Position numbers and translations under genes: made by a program. The notes under the pieces were generated by a model, which did not search any database, had not been told where the DNA came from, and saw nothing but the letters and a program-made list of their open reading frames with translations. Below, piece by piece: positions 62,214 to 64,000 of a stretch of 64,000 nt of DNA; position 1 is the stretch's first letter, and each line of letters begins with the position of its first letter. The stretch is from Balamuthia mandrillaris (Eukaryota). The DNA is taken from the NCBI GenBank assembly GCA_031835245.2, contig JAVKOQ020000021.1:1-64000 (forward strand). Reading direction: 5' to 3'.

Positions 62214-64000
62214 TTAGTTGCCCTCGTAGAAGAGACTTTCGGTAAACTTGCCAGTGTTCTCGAAGAAGGGATTGTCCATGACGGCATCCTCAAAGTCACG
62301 CTCTCCAAAGACGACGTCCTGTTCGGGGGTCTTGCTCATGAAGTACACCATGGCGGCAATGATGCCCGCCAAAAGAGCTCCTCCGGCAAGCAAAGCTGCC
62401 ACCACGCCACCCACGAGGCCGCCGACCTCCTCGTCGGTCATGCCGTCGTCCTCCTTGCCGGCAGCGCACTGAGGGGAGTAGAAGCAGTTGTCATCGGGCT
62501 GTGGCCAGGTCTGGCCGGTGACCAGGTTCTCACGGTCGTAGCAGCCAGCCTCCAGGCCGTTGCCTCCTCCGCCTGGGCACCACCAGCAGGAGAGGTAGGT
62601 GCCGTTGATGGAGCTGACACCGGTGCAGGTATCGCAGTCGCTGATGCAGGAGCAGTGTACCTCACCGTTGAGCTTCTGGCCGCAGCCGCGTTCGGCATCG
62701 CAGAAGACCTCCCAGCAGAGGTTGTAGGGCTCGCCGACCTCAGCGGCGCAGTCCCGTTCGCCCTTGCGACAGGTGCCGCCGAGGCAGTAGTCGTTGGCGC
62801 AGGCATCCGTGTCGTTGTCGCCGCTACCAACGCTCCTGCCGCAGGGTACGTTGTCGGTCACGTTCACAAGTTGGCAGAGACCAACCACGCACTGACCCTT
62901 GGCACACTCGTTGTCGGCCAAGGAGTCGACTCCTCCATCCTGACGCTTGAAGGTGACCTCCTTAGGGTAGAGGCACTCGCCTTCCTTGTTGCGAGAGATG
63001 CAGCGACCATCCGCATTGCAAACGAGCTCTCTGCACTCATCGTAACATGTGGGTAGGAAGAAGTCACAGGGCTCAGTGGTGCCAACGCAGGGCTCACCTG
63101 CCCCCACGGAAATGGGGGTGGAGTCGTCGCAGCGGCCAGCTCCGTCGCAACCATACTTGAGGCAGAAGTTCTCGGGGTCGGGACGAGCACCACAGGTGGT
63201 GTTCGCTGGGAAGTTGTACTTGGTGCAAGCTCCTCCCTCACACTTGAGCTCATAGCATTCTTTGTCCTGAGGACGATCGTTCCTCTCCACAAAGAACTCT
63301 CTTTCTTCCATTTGTTGCTGTGGTTCTGCTTCTACTCCGCGTTTAGCAGTGTCGGGAGGAATGGGCCTCGGGTTCTCGCTGGAACAGGTCTTGCCCTCGT
63401 TCAGGTCCTTGACCGTACAGTACCCTCCTTGGCAAGTAAGGCTGAAGCAGTCGCCAGGGGAGCCGCATGGCGTTCCATCCATGTTCTTCACCACGCACTT
63501 TTGAGCATCGTTACACTCAGTGACGTAACAGCCGGATCGGGTGGTCTGACAATGTTTGCCAGCAGGAAAACCGACGTACTTGCAGGAGCCTGACTGACAT
63601 TTCAGGGAGACGCAGGAGGAATCCCTGCCGTTGAGGCCTGAAACGGGGGTGGTGCAGCTGCCGGATTCCTTGCTGGTGTCCGGTTGACTGGTGCACGCAC
63701 CGCCCTGACAGACGGCCTTGCGGCACTCTACGGCTGCAGTGCCGCCGACGCAGGGGCTGCCGTCGGATTGGTCCCGGACCTGGCAGTTGCCACTGATGCA
63801 GGAACCCTTCTTACAGTATTCATCGCTGCCGGTGGTACTACAGGCGCCGGAGGTCTTCGCGAAGAAGGTGCAGGAACCATCGCTGCAACGAGCGTTATGG
63901 CATTGATCCGGGGTGCGCTCAGAGCTGCAGTCGTTGTTATTATTGGTGTTCCTCAGCTCGCAGCTGCCGCTGATGCAGGAACCTTTCAGGCAAACGGAGG
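62214..64000 (-). CDS. Cys-rich repeat type I membrane protein with PSI-like domain (5' part outside window)
   Basis: The frame continues without stops well upstream of the track start at 63494 (read to ~63720) and probably to the window edge. It has repeated C-x-C...C-x-GG-x-C units, CSCISDCDTC...CWWC (PSI-like), a Gly/Ala-rich TM and the tail VMDNPFFENTGKFTESLFYEGN. Confidence 0.85.
   Translation of the reverse strand, partial: SVCLKGSCISGSCELRNTNNNNDCSSERTPDQCHNARCSDGSCTFFAKTSGACSTTGSDEYCKKGSCISGNCQVRDQSDGSPCVGGTAAVECRKAVCQGGACTSQPDTSKESGSCTTPVSGLNGRDSSCVSLKCQSGSCKYVGFPAGKHCQTTRSGCYVTECNDAQKCVVKNMDGTPCGSPGDCFSLTCQGGYCTVKDLNEGKTCSSENPRPIPPDTAKRGVEAEPQQQMEEREFFVERNDRPQDKECYELKCEGGACTKYNFPANTTCGARPDPENFCLKYGCDGAGRCDDSTPISVGAGEPCVGTTEPCDFFLPTCYDECRELVCNADGRCISRNKEGECLYPKEVTFKRQDGGVDSLADNECAKGQCVVGLCQLVNVTDNVPCGRSVGSGDNDTDACANDYCLGGTCRKGERDCAAEVGEPYNLCWEVFCDAERGCGQKLNGEVHCSCISDCDTCTGVSSINGTYLSCWWCPGGGGNGLEAGCYDRENLVTGQTWPQPDDNCFYSPQCAAGKEDDGMTDEEVGGLVGGVVAALLAGGALLAGIIAAMVYFMSKTPEQDVVFGERDFEDAVMDNPFFENTGKFTESLFYEGN

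Noticed and set aside
63494..63726. Apparent frameshift in the Cys-rich receptor suggested by the ORF track
   Set aside because: Manual translation shows the frame stays open upstream of 63494; the track only picked an internal start codon.

Overview
Left end of a eukaryotic chromosome. The window starts in (TAACCC)n telomeric repeat, and the intron-rich genes with microsatellite-filled introns suggest a free-living amoebozoan (inference only). It falls into three zones. (1) 1-15.5 kb: a telomere-proximal block carrying two convergent spliced genes, a TET/JBP-like 2OG-Fe(II) dioxygenase (+) and a divergent tyrosine recombinase (-). They are separated only by a (GTT)n tract and flanked by tandem-repeat arrays. 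This is the best candidate for an undescribed system. (2) 15.5-28.4 kb: a decayed patchwork of solo LTRs, a copia RNase H remnant, CYP51 and S53-peptidase pseudogenes, minisatellites and a P-loop ATPase split at a G11C11 palindrome. Several relics show CpG->TpG/CpA decay, implying cytosine methylation of repeats. (3) 28.4-64 kb: tRNA-Ile(AAT) followed by intact genes: Nit1, soluble adenylyl cyclase-like STAND protein, ankyrin-BTB protein, intronless GH2, sulfotransferase, phospholipase B1-like, UBA-VIT-vWA protein, Nop12/RBM34, RasGAP with four PH domains, and a Cys-rich receptor with an integrin-beta-like tail. All calls are by-eye motif recognition. Exon boundaries and some starts are inferred, and no database search was run.
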